Shown: in pieces, positions 9,160-17,577 of the stretch
Layout: each line of letters begins with the position of its first letter
Position numbering within the stretch: the first letter of the stretch is position 1
From: an uncultured Verrucomicrobiota bacterium
GTDB taxonomy: Bacteria; Verrucomicrobiota; Verrucomicrobiia; Limisphaerales; AAA164-E04
DNA: 64,000 nucleotides
Direction of reading: 5' to 3'
Assembly (NCBI GenBank): GCA_913061285.1
Contig: CAJXVR010000001.1
Span: forward strand, 4,554-68,553
The notes under the pieces: generated by a model
The model's input: only the letters and a program-made list of their open reading frames with translations
What the model was told of the DNA's origin: nothing
Database searches by the model: none
Position numbers and translations under genes: made by a program

Positions 9160-9708
9160 ATGATCAAGTTTGTAAAATATCTGACCGCAATCGCCTTGCT
9201 CGCATCCGTTTCTACTGTTGCTGGTGAGAAAGAAGCCAAGGTCGCAACGAAGGCTGAGTGTGCTGCTTCTGAGTGCACACAAAAGCAATTGACCTTGAAG
9301 ATTGATGGCGCTGCTTGCGAAGCAACCTGTGCTGCTCTAGACAAGGTTCTCACCAGCCTTGAAGGTGTCAAAGCTGAGAGCTGCTCGAAGTCTCACGTCA
9401 CGAAGGTTTCCTATGACTCAGCCAAAGTGAAACCAGAACAGGTTTTCGCTGCATTCAAAAAAGCGGGTGTTAAGGTTGAAGGTCAGCAAATCGAGCTTGC
9501 TGTCAACGGGATGGCCTGTGGTTCTTGCTCAAGCAAAGTTAGCAAGGCATTGACCAAGCTTGACGGTGTGTTGAATGGTTCTGCTTGCCACCAAAGCAAG
9601 AAAGCCACTGTTTTGTTCGATCCTTCTAAGGTCAAGTCTGAGCAAATTGTTGCCGCTATTAACTCGACCGGTTTCAAAGTCGGCGAGGCTGCTGCTTCGG
9701 CAAATTAA
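9160..9708 (+). CDS. Secreted tandem heavy-metal-associated (HMA) domain protein
   Basis: Signal peptide MIKFVKYLTAIALLASVSTVAG. The second domain has the canonical GMACGSCSSKV motif. The first has the variant DGAACEATCAAL (C-x3-C). Confidence 0.75.
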   Translation: MIKFVKYLTAIALLASVSTVAGEKEAKVATKAECAASECTQKQLTLKIDGAACEATCAALDKVLTSLEGVKAESCSKSHVTKVSYDSAKVKPEQVFAAFKKAGVKVEGQQIELAVNGMACGSCSSKVSKALTKLDGVLNGSACHQSKKATVLFDPSKVKSEQIVAAINSTGFKVGEAAASAN

Positions 9709-9743
9709 GTTGTCTCTCAGGATCTTGTAGATCTCTTATTCGT

Positions 9744-9779
9744 GGCCGGCTTCCGTGGTTGGAAGCCGGTTCTTTTTTG
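9744..9779 (+). terminator. Rho-independent terminator after the HMA gene
   Basis: A perfect 9-bp stem CCGGCTTCC (9746-9754) pairs with GGAAGCCGG (9761-9769) around the loop GTGGTT. It is followed by TTCTTTTTT. Confidence 0.8.
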
Positions 9780-9786
9780 CCCTAAC

Positions 9787-10059
9787 TCACAGGACCATCT
9801 TGACGCCATCGATCGCTCTGAGGTCTTGATCTAGTCGCATCATGAGTTCATGGGTTTCAAGCTCGAGCGCGATTTCATAACTCATATACTTCCCGCCTTT
9901 TGATTGGGCGCTTGGTTGAAATCGCTGATCGGAGATGCCATTGGCTTCAAGGGTGCGATTCAGTTGGAGATGGATCCCTTCTAGCGAAATGGTGATAACC
10001 TTGAAATGACAGGTTGTAGGAAAAAGCGCCTCTCGTTCTTCTTTTGTCAGGTGTCTCAT
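9787..10059 (-). CDS. DUF493 / YbeD-like small protein
   Basis: 90 aa. FPTTCHFKVI near the N-terminus and the overall size resemble the YbeD family. Confidence 0.55.
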   Translation of the reverse strand: MRHLTKEEREALFPTTCHFKVITISLEGIHLQLNRTLEANGISDQRFQPSAQSKGGKYMSYEIALELETHELMMRLDQDLRAIDGVKMVL

Positions 10060-10202
10060 GACCGCCCTGAAAGTGGCGACTTCTGTTCTCTAGGTAAAGA
10101 ACCAATCTGGAGAGATCTTGGCCTTCCATCTGTCTTCAGTGGCATAATGATCGAGCCTAGAGATACTCGTCTGTTTCAAGAAAGACAGCATAGGTGGGGC
10201 CA

Positions 10203-11381
10203 TCAACGTTTTCCTGTTGCGGTAAAGATATGTCCTGGTTGTTGAGCTACGAAGCCCTTCATCTCAAGCTGGAGTAGAGTGACACTCACGGCTGCGACGG
10301 ACAGGCCTGAACGCCGCGTTATCTCGTCAATGTGTGTTTCCTGAGCTTCTATAAGATCGAGCAAGTCATTCTCTGCCTGATTGAGAGCTACTGCCGGAGA
10401 TTCATTGGGGCGATTAAGGCCAGGAAACAGATACTCAAACTCACTAAGAATATCCTCCTGCGATTCACAAAGTTTAGCGCCATTCTTTATCAGTTGATGA
10501 CAGCCTTTGCTCTGCGGAGAATGGATTGGACCAGGGATGGCAAACACTTGCCTGCCATAGTCGTTTGCCATGTTGGCTGTGATCAGAGCGCCGCTCTTGG
10601 TGTTTGCCTCAATGACGACGGTGCCAAGACACATTCCAGCTACAATACGATTTCGAATCGGGAATGTTTGTCGATCGGCTTGTCGATTGAACGGGAATTG
10701 TGTTAGGACGGCTCCGTGTTGAGCAATTCGTTCAAACAACTCTCGGTTCTCTGGAGGATACACTCGATTGATCCCGTTCCCGAGAACACAGAGCGTCCGG
10801 CCCTGCGCGCTGAGGGCGCCTACGTGAGCCGCCGAGTCGATTCCTCTCGCACCGCCGCTTACAATGCAAACTCCGGCGGCTGCCAGTTGACGCGCGAGCT
10901 TTCTTGCGGTCTCTCTACCATAATGGGTGGATCTCCTGGCTCCGACAATGGCAATGCCCGAGTGGTCTGAAGGTTTTAGGCTACCCTTGATGTAGAGGAC
11001 GATGGGCGGGTCATAAATCTGTGAGAGTTGAGGGGGATACTCGCTGTCACGGCCGGTAATGATCCGGCAGCCGAAGGCCTCACATCGTGCCAACTCTGCC
11101 GCTAGATCGATTGTTTGTTCCCAGGTGGTTATCGAGTGGGCGATCTCTTCTCCGATACCTGGAACTTGTCTGAGAGCGGCTTTGCTGGCTTGAAGAATCC
11201 GTTCTGGGTCGGTGAACGTTTCGAGTAGTCGACGGACGGTTACCGGCCCGATGCTCTCGAGCATGTTTAGAATGACGAGTGATTCTGTAGAAGTCATAAC
11301 ACTGTTTACATCGGGGTTCCTTGGGGTGATGTCAATGAAGAAAAGTGGGGATACTCCTGAAATGATGTTTTTCTGAATCAT
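10203..11381 (-). CDS. dprA: DNA processing protein DprA (Smf)
   Basis: Rossmann-like core SGGARGIDSAAHVGAL, with VLGNGINRVYPPEN and a C-terminal winged-helix-like tail. GGGAGA lies upstream of the ATG at 11381. Confidence 0.85.
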   Translation of the reverse strand: MIQKNIISGVSPLFFIDITPRNPDVNSVMTSTESLVILNMLESIGPVTVRRLLETFTDPERILQASKAALRQVPGIGEEIAHSITTWEQTIDLAAELARCEAFGCRIITGRDSEYPPQLSQIYDPPIVLYIKGSLKPSDHSGIAIVGARRSTHYGRETARKLARQLAAAGVCIVSGGARGIDSAAHVGALSAQGRTLCVLGNGINRVYPPENRELFERIAQHGAVLTQFPFNRQADRQTFPIRNRIVAGMCLGTVVIEANTKSGALITANMANDYGRQVFAIPGPIHSPQSKGCHQLIKNGAKLCESQEDILSEFEYLFPGLNRPNESPAVALNQAENDLLDLIEAQETHIDEITRRSGLSVAAVSVTLLQLEMKGFVAQQPGHIFTATGKR

Positions 11382-11417
11382 TGCTTTCTCCCGGCGGAGG
11401 TATTAGTACCTTGGCCA

Positions 11418-11975
11418 ATGCAAACGGCGTTTAAAGAGTGGACGGTCGTAGTTGATGCGCTTGAAAAGGGGAATCAGATTGTGATCTTGCGTAAAGGTGG
11501 AATCCGCGAAGGGAAAGCAGGGTTTCGAGTGGATTCAGAATCGTTCTGGTTGTTCCCGACTCAGTTCCATCAACAACGAGAAGCCGTGATTGCTCCGGCT
11601 CAGGAGCGATACGATCGCATAAAACGGGCGGATGATGATAATGACTCCCTATCAATTCGATCCTTTGCCAAGGTGGAGCAACATTTGGAGCTCGAGAGTT
11701 GGGACACGATCTCTCGACTTCAGGCGCTGCATATCTGGCGTGAGGAAGTGATCAAGGAACGTTTTGAGTGGGGGCAGAAGAAGGGGCTCTTTCTGATGAT
11801 CGTCCGGGTTTATCAGCTCCCCACTGCTATTGAGATGCCAATGTTGAAGCAATATGGGGGATGTCGCTCGTGGGTCGAACTGGCGCCTTCGATGCCGGCT
11901 CATGGCCTAAGGCCTGTGCTGGACGATAGGCAGTTTGAGCAACAGCGAAATGCACTGAGTGACCTGCTGAAATGA
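11418..11975 (+). CDS. DUF1802 family protein
   Basis: The N-terminus KEWTVVVDALEKGNQIVILRKGGI is characteristic of DUF1802. ATGA overlap with maf. Confidence 0.6.
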   Translation: MQTAFKEWTVVVDALEKGNQIVILRKGGIREGKAGFRVDSESFWLFPTQFHQQREAVIAPAQERYDRIKRADDDNDSLSIRSFAKVEQHLELESWDTISRLQALHIWREEVIKERFEWGQKKGLFLMIVRVYQLPTAIEMPMLKQYGGCRSWVELAPSMPAHGLRPVLDDRQFEQQRNALSDLLK

Positions 11976-12541
11976 ACACCCCGGGACTCATACTCGCCTC
12001 CCAATCACCGCGTCGAAAAGACCTTCTAGCGACTCTGGGGATTAGCTTTGAGATCGTTGCGAGCGGTGTTGAAGAAGTGGTCCACTCTGACGACGGGCCT
12101 AGGGGCCTCGTATTGGAAAATGCGCATCGAAAGGCAGCTGATATAGCGAGATCGTTTCCCGATTGTTGGGTGCTGGGCTCCGACACCGTGGTTGCCCTGG
12201 GAGATCGGACTCTTGGGAAACCAAAATCGCTCGGAGAGGCTGCTTCAATGCTTGGTGCGCTTCAAGGGCAGGTTCATGAAGTGTTTACTGGAATCTGTCT
12301 TCTGAGGAATGACGAAAAGGAGCATTGGGCAGAGGTGACAAGAGTGGGGTTCAGGCGGCTTTCACCGGATCAGATAGCAAACTATCTGGAGCAGATCGAC
12401 CCCCTCGACAAGGCGGGAGCCTATGCCATTCAAGAGGGGGGGGAGAGGATTGTTAGTTGTGTTGAAGGGTCGCTGAGTAACGTGGTTGGTTTACCCTTGG
12501 ATTCCTTAGAACCAGTTCTCGAACGACTAGGTATAAAGTAA
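11972..12541 (+). CDS. maf: Maf-family nucleoside triphosphate pyrophosphatase
   Basis: LILASQSPRRKDLL at the N-terminus, with DKAGAYAIQ and VVGLP motifs. Confidence 0.88.
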   Translation: MNTPGLILASQSPRRKDLLATLGISFEIVASGVEEVVHSDDGPRGLVLENAHRKAADIARSFPDCWVLGSDTVVALGDRTLGKPKSLGEAASMLGALQGQVHEVFTGICLLRNDEKEHWAEVTRVGFRRLSPDQIANYLEQIDPLDKAGAYAIQEGGERIVSCVEGSLSNVVGLPLDSLEPVLERLGIK

Positions 12542-12544
12542 AAA

Positions 12545-12580
12545 GCGACTCCCCCTCGTCAAGAGTGGGGAGCCGCTTTT
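12545..12580. terminator. Possible bidirectional terminator between convergent maf and the cytochrome gene
   Basis: The stem GCGACTCCCC pairs with GGGGAGCCGC (9 of 10 pairs, 12-nt loop). It is flanked by AAAA on the left and TTTT on the right. Confidence 0.5.
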
Positions 12581-12601
12581 GCGTCTGGAATTTGAAATGA
12601 A

Positions 12602-13060
12602 CTATTGTGGCATAGCCAACTCAACACCAGAGGGCCATTTGGCTCCCTGATCGATCCATGCTCGAACCAGGCCGATTTGTGCCTTGGTCAATTGAGGATA
12701 CTTTTCCCGCTTGTCGATGGGTGGCATTTCTAGCTCTTCTACTAAATCACCGATGAAGTGAACGAGTGGGCTTGCTGCGCTCTTACCGGCGATTATCGCA
12801 GCTTCTTTGCTGCTACCGCCCTTGAGGGTGGTTTCTCGCTTGTTCATGAAGTATTTGCTTTTTGCCCGGGGTTTAGCCCCATGACATCCAAAGCATGATT
12901 TCTCGAAGAGCGGTTTGATTTCCTTCACGAAATCGACCTCTGAGCTCGCTGCTGCTGGTAGTTTGCTGACATCAACATCCTCTGCTGCCAAAGATCCCGA
13001 TGCGATTGCGATGCCCATGAGGGCTCCAAGAACTGTTTTCTGATACATCTTCATTGTCAT
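12602..13060 (-). CDS. Secreted Planctomycete-type cytochrome c (PSCyt1 domain only)
   Basis: Signal peptide, the heme motif CFGCHG preceded by IKPLFEKS, then MPP...L...WIDQGAKW. Confidence 0.75.
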   Translation of the reverse strand: MTMKMYQKTVLGALMGIAIASGSLAAEDVDVSKLPAAASSEVDFVKEIKPLFEKSCFGCHGAKPRAKSKYFMNKRETTLKGGSSKEAAIIAGKSAASPLVHFIGDLVEELEMPPIDKREKYPQLTKAQIGLVRAWIDQGAKWPSGVELAMPQ

Positions 13061-13138
13061 TCTAAGCTATCTTCAATGAATAGACGCCCTAGGCGGGTTC
13101 GCTATTCAAGATTCTTCGCTCAATTAGTGTTGTCGGCC

Positions 13139-14278
13139 TTAAACGTTAACCCACTGCCGTGATGAAGCCGAGTTGAGGACGGCATCGCATACCTTCTGGG
13201 TTTCAAGCGCTTCTCGGAATGTTGGGCTCGTTGGCGTGCCTTTGGCTAGATTATCGAGGAAATCCGCGACATGATGCACGAAGGTATGCTCGTAACCGAT
13301 CTGCAAGCCTGGGACCCACCACTTGTCCATGTACGGCATATCGCCGTCGGTGACGTGGACGGATCTCCATCCACGGACGAGTGGATCATCGCCGTGGTCA
13401 AAGTATTCTAAGCGATGAAGATCGTGAAGATCCCAGCGAATCGAAGCGTTTTCGCCGTTTATCTCAAGTGTGTAGAGTGCCTTATGGCCACGGGCGTAGC
13501 GTGTGGACTCAAAGAGTCCGAGAGAACCGTTGCCGAAGTGGCACATGAATGAGCAGGCGTCATCGATCCCTACTTTTTCCACTTTTCCGGTCAGACTGTG
13601 CATTCGTTCTTTGACGAAGGTTTCTGTCATCGCACTCACATCGGTGATTCCCCCGTTGAGCCAAAGAGCGGTGTCAATACAATGGGCAAGGAGATCTCCG
13701 GTCACACCGGAACCGGCTGCGTTGACGTCGAGACGCCAAAGAGCCTCACCACCTTGTGGGAGATCCGATGAGATGGTCCAGTCCTGGAGGAAGTTGGCTC
13801 GGTAGTGAAAGATTTTCCCTAGTCGGCCCTCGTCGATGAGTTGCTTTGCTAGGGACACGGCTGGGACACGCCGGTAGTTATACCAGACGGTATTTGCCAC
13901 ACCGGCTTCCTCGATGACCTTGACCATTTCTTCACCCTCCGGGGCATTCATTGAGAGAGGCTTCTCACAGAGAATCATTTTTCCAGCTTTGGCGGCTGCG
14001 ATGGCGATCTCCGAGTGGGTGTTGTTTGGCGTGCAGATATCAACGGCGTCGATATCATCCCGAGCAATAAGGGCTTTCCAATCCGTTTCGATGGATTCAT
14101 AGCCCCAATTGTTGGCAAATGCCTTAGCGTTCTCTTCGTTTCGGCCGCAGACGGCTTTGAGTTTGGGCCGGTATTCTAGATCAAAGAAATTATTGACCTT
14201 GCAGTAGGCGTTGGAATGGGTGCGACCCATGAATCCATAACCGATAAGGCCGATGTTGAGATTCTTCTTTTCGCTCAT
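13139..14278 (-). CDS. Gfo/Idh/MocA family oxidoreductase
   Basis: N-terminal Rossmann motif [13 protein letters not shown], plus the EKP motif (CEKPLS). Confidence 0.85.
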   Translation of the reverse strand: MSEKKNLNIGLIGYGFMGRTHSNAYCKVNNFFDLEYRPKLKAVCGRNEENAKAFANNWGYESIETDWKALIARDDIDAVDICTPNNTHSEIAIAAAKAGKMILCEKPLSMNAPEGEEMVKVIEEAGVANTVWYNYRRVPAVSLAKQLIDEGRLGKIFHYRANFLQDWTISSDLPQGGEALWRLDVNAAGSGVTGDLLAHCIDTALWLNGGITDVSAMTETFVKERMHSLTGKVEKVGIDDACSFMCHFGNGSLGLFESTRYARGHKALYTLEINGENASIRWDLHDLHRLEYFDHGDDPLVRGWRSVHVTDGDMPYMDKWWVPGLQIGYEHTFVHHVADFLDNLAKGTPTSPTFREALETQKVCDAVLNSASSRQWVNV

Positions 14279-14316
14279 AATTCTTGTGAAATGTTGTCGA
14301 TCGTTCTGCGATCAGG

Positions 14317-15372
14317 TTATTCGCTCCAGCCGTGGGCGTTCCGGACGGCTACCATGGAGGCAAGAATGCTATTCCACGTTTCTGGCTTCATCATGACATC
14401 ATTAGGGAACATGCACCCATCCCAGCAGATGTGGCGGCATTTCTTGGTGACGTTTCCATTCTCGTCTCTTAGCCAATGACCTGCATCTTGAGCAATTGAA
14501 AGTTTTCCATTCGGATCGTCGGGTAGGCAATGACGGCCCGTCTTGTCATGAGATCCTGAGCCCTTGACCGTGGCATCATTCTGGGCGACATGAAAATCAG
14601 TCGTCCAAGGGCGAAGCGCAGCCGTGAGTGTCTTGAGAGCAGATTGAAGCACGTCTCCGTTTTCCCAGGAAAAGTCTGCGGGTAGAATACGATCTTCAGG
14701 AGCATTGTAGCCAAGCGTATAAAGGAGGGTGTGCGCCATGTCGGCTTGAAATCCGAGAACGTCAGGCTGATTGACGGTTTCTAAGAGTTTAACCATCTCC
14801 TTCCAACTATGCATGCCGCCCCAACAGATCTCGCCTTCGGCGGCCAAGGTTTCACCGTGATCGGCGGCGATTTTGCAGCTTTCGCTGAAGGTGGCCGCGA
14901 TCTTATTGGTGCCTTCGGGATCAGCTGCCCAGCTGGCGACATCCACAGCGGAGTCAATTCGAATTACACCGTTGGGCCGAACCCCCATGTCTCGGAGCGT
15001 CTTAGCGATTCCTGCTGCCTTGCGGACCTGTTCCACGAATTTTCCGCGCTCGGTAGCATCGCCCATCGAGGAGCCGCCACCGGTGGGGGGCCAAACTGGT
15101 GCAACGACGGAACCAATGACCAGATTTCTTGATTGGACCTTTTCGGCGAGACGCTTGAGATCGTCTTCGGTGGAATCAATACTGACGTGAGGGTCACTGA
15201 GGAAGAGATCTGTCCCTTCGAATTTATGGCCATCGACTTCGGCCGCGGCCGTCAAGTCGAGCATAGTGTCAAGATCGATAGGCGGCTCGGAATCGGGCCC
15301 TTTACCGACCACTCCGGGCCATGCTGCATTGTGTAGCTTCGGATAATTGTTTCCAGCCGTATTTTCGCTCAT
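14317..15372 (-). CDS. Xylose-isomerase-like TIM-barrel protein (sugar phosphate isomerase/epimerase family)
   Basis: 351 aa whose length and pattern fit the AP-endonuclease-2/xylose-isomerase-like barrel family. It lies 38 nt upstream of the Gfo gene on the same strand. The assignment is from general resemblance only. Confidence 0.65.
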   Translation of the reverse strand: MSENTAGNNYPKLHNAAWPGVVGKGPDSEPPIDLDTMLDLTAAAEVDGHKFEGTDLFLSDPHVSIDSTEDDLKRLAEKVQSRNLVIGSVVAPVWPPTGGGSSMGDATERGKFVEQVRKAAGIAKTLRDMGVRPNGVIRIDSAVDVASWAADPEGTNKIAATFSESCKIAADHGETLAAEGEICWGGMHSWKEMVKLLETVNQPDVLGFQADMAHTLLYTLGYNAPEDRILPADFSWENGDVLQSALKTLTAALRPWTTDFHVAQNDATVKGSGSHDKTGRHCLPDDPNGKLSIAQDAGHWLRDENGNVTKKCRHICWDGCMFPNDVMMKPETWNSILASMVAVRNAHGWSE

Positions 15373-15666
15373 GCTAGTTCTCAGTTAGTTCGGATAAGTC
15401 CTGTGGTTTTGGACGAAAAGATAGTCAGTCAACCTTGAATTTAAAGGAATTTCTTTGGGAGTATCACTTGAGTTCAGACCTGTGCTTTCGAACTTGCCCT
15501 GGTTGTTCTTGTTTGAGTTTTTGTCTGGATGGCAATTAGTAGAGTGACTGCCTCTATGGATTGACGGGATTTGCTGGCCTGCTGTCCATGGGAGCCTTGA
15601 GCCTGGACGGTTTCACTTGCGGTCCGCCCGCGAGTGATCGTTAGTTATCTGAGTTGGCGCGTCCTT

Positions 15667-16050
15667 TCATCCGACCAACAATCTGCTGGCTCGCATTCCG
15701 ATGAATGCGGCGAAGAGGCAGGAGAGAATTGACCCAAGGACATTCATAAGGGCCGCATTCGTTTGGCCTTTTTCAAAGAGTTGTAGGGTTTGCAGGCTGA
15801 AGGACGAAAAGGTCGTGAACCCTCCGAATAGACCGATGAGAAGAAAGCGTTGAAGCGGCAGATTCACCATGGGCCCTTTTCCTTGGACGGCCAGGGTAGC
15901 GAAGAATCCAATGGCTAGCGAACCCACGACATTGACAATGAAAGTGCCCCAAGGGAATGCAGGGCCAAAGCGATTCAAGGTTGTGAGAGCGATCCAATGG
16001 CGAGCCATTCCACCGAGGGCGCTTCCTATTCCGACCAAGAGATAGTCCAT
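15667..16050 (-). CDS. crcB: Fluoride ion channel CrcB
   Basis: 127 aa with four hydrophobic segments. Carries GSALGGMARH and GLFGGFTTFSSF motifs. Confidence 0.88.
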   Translation of the reverse strand: MDYLLVGIGSALGGMARHWIALTTLNRFGPAFPWGTFIVNVVGSLAIGFFATLAVQGKGPMVNLPLQRFLLIGLFGGFTTFSSFSLQTLQLFEKGQTNAALMNVLGSILSCLFAAFIGMRASRLLVG

Positions 16051-16119
16051 GGTTTCGTTGTCCTTCGATTCGGGAGAGAGTAATGATCAATCGTGTTCAG
16101 CCGCTAGTTGACTCACAGG

Positions 16120-17577
16120 CTAGGAAAGGATGGGTGAGACGACGTGTCCATGGACGTCGGTCAGACGGAACCGGCGCCCCTGGTGCTTGAACGTCAAGCG
16201 TTCGTGATCGATGCCAAGGAGATGGAGGATCGTTGCTTGAAGGTCGTGGACGTGGACGGGATCTTGAACGGCATTCATACAGAGCTCGTCGGTTGCGCCA
16301 TAGCTCATTCCCGGTTTGATTCCGCCACCAGCCATCCAGATTGTGAACGCATAGGGATGGTGGTCACGTCCCCATCGTTCTCGATCGTCTAGTTTTCCTT
16401 GGATGAAAGGAGTTCGACCGAATTCTCCTCCCCAAATTACAAGCGTGTCTTCCAGCAGACCGCGCTGTTTTAGATCGCGAACGAGGGCTGCAGATGCTTG
16501 ATCGGTATCGCGGCACTGATTGTAAAGTTCCGTGGTAATGCTGTTGTGTTGATCCCAACCGGCGTGCATGAGCTGGACGAATCGGACATCTCGCTCGACC
16601 AAGCGCCGAGCCATCAGGCAGTTGTAGGCGAAGGATCCCTGCTCTTTGACGTCAGGGCCGTACATCTTGAGAGTGTCTTCAGATTCGTCAGAGAAATCAG
16701 TGAGCTCTGGGACGCTTGTTTGCATTCGGTAAGCCATTTCGTACTGGGCAATACGAGAGTTGATCTCGGGGTCGCCAAAGTCGTGAAACTGTCTCTTATT
16801 GAGCGTGCTAAGATCATCGAGAATGCCTCGCCGTACGGCTTGGCTGACGCCCTTGGGATTCGAAAGGTAGAGGACCGGTTCCCCCTTTCCTCGAAATTTG
16901 ACTCCTTGATGTTCCGAAGGAAGGAATCCGGAGCCCCAATAGAAGTCATAGAAAATCTGCCCGCAGGTCGTATTCTTCGTCACAGAGGTCATGACGACAT
17001 ATGAGGGGAGATTTTCATTGGCTGTTCCGAGGCCATAGTTCAACCAGGCGCCGATGGTGGGGCGTCCAGGAATTTGGCCGCCCGAGAGAAGTAGCGAAAT
17101 GGCAGGGGCGTGGTTGACGGCATCGGTATGCATGCTCTTCACGAAGCAAAGTTCGTCTGCGATCGAACCGATATGAGGCAGAAAGGCGCTGACGGTTGCT
17201 CCGCTCTGTCCGTGTTGCTTGAAGGGTTCAACTGGGGCTAGCATCAGTTTGCCATCAGCCTTGCCGGTCATGGTGCTAAATCGTTTTCCGGAGACAAAAG
17301 AATCTGGAACGGGTTTCCCATGTAAGGCTGCCAAACTTGGTTTTCCATCGAAGAGCTCGACGTGGGTAGGGCCACCGTTTTGAAAGAGATAGATCACTCG
17401 CTTGGCCTTCGGGGCAAAATGGGTGAGCCCCTGAAGTGCAGTCTGGCTATTGGGTGACGCTGCTTTGAGATCTTTGGCGAGGAGCGAGGCTAAGGCAGCC
17501 GTGCCCAGCCCCAAGCTGGATTGCCCCAGGAAATGGCGCCGAGTCATTCGCTGTCGCTGTTCCATCGTTGGCTTCAT
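16120..17577 (-). CDS. DUF1501 (sulfatase-like) protein with a Tat signal
   Basis: The twin-arginine motif MTRRHFLGQSSLGLGTAALA and a C-terminus typical of DUF1501. ATGA overlap with the upstream PSD1 gene. Confidence 0.85.
   Translation of the reverse strand: MKPTMEQRQRMTRRHFLGQSSLGLGTAALASLLAKDLKAASPNSQTALQGLTHFAPKAKRVIYLFQNGGPTHVELFDGKPSLAALHGKPVPDSFVSGKRFSTMTGKADGKLMLAPVEPFKQHGQSGATVSAFLPHIGSIADELCFVKSMHTDAVNHAPAISLLLSGGQIPGRPTIGAWLNYGLGTANENLPSYVVMTSVTKNTTCGQIFYDFYWGSGFLPSEHQGVKFRGKGEPVLYLSNPKGVSQAVRRGILDDLSTLNKRQFHDFGDPEINSRIAQYEMAYRMQTSVPELTDFSDESEDTLKMYGPDVKEQGSFAYNCLMARRLVERDVRFVQLMHAGWDQHNSITTELYNQCRDTDQASAALVRDLKQRGLLEDTLVIWGGEFGRTPFIQGKLDDRERWGRDHHPYAFTIWMAGGGIKPGMSYGATDELCMNAVQDPVHVHDLQATILHLLGIDHERLTFKHQGRRFRLTDVHGHVVSPILS

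Noticed and set aside
16051-16119. Possible fluoride riboswitch upstream of crcB
   Set aside because: Only 69 nt separate crcB from the upstream DUF1501 gene. The minus-strand sequence shows none of the conserved crcB-motif elements as I remember them (GGxGAUGG...AACCGCC...CUGAUGAU), so crcB is probably read through from the upstream operon.
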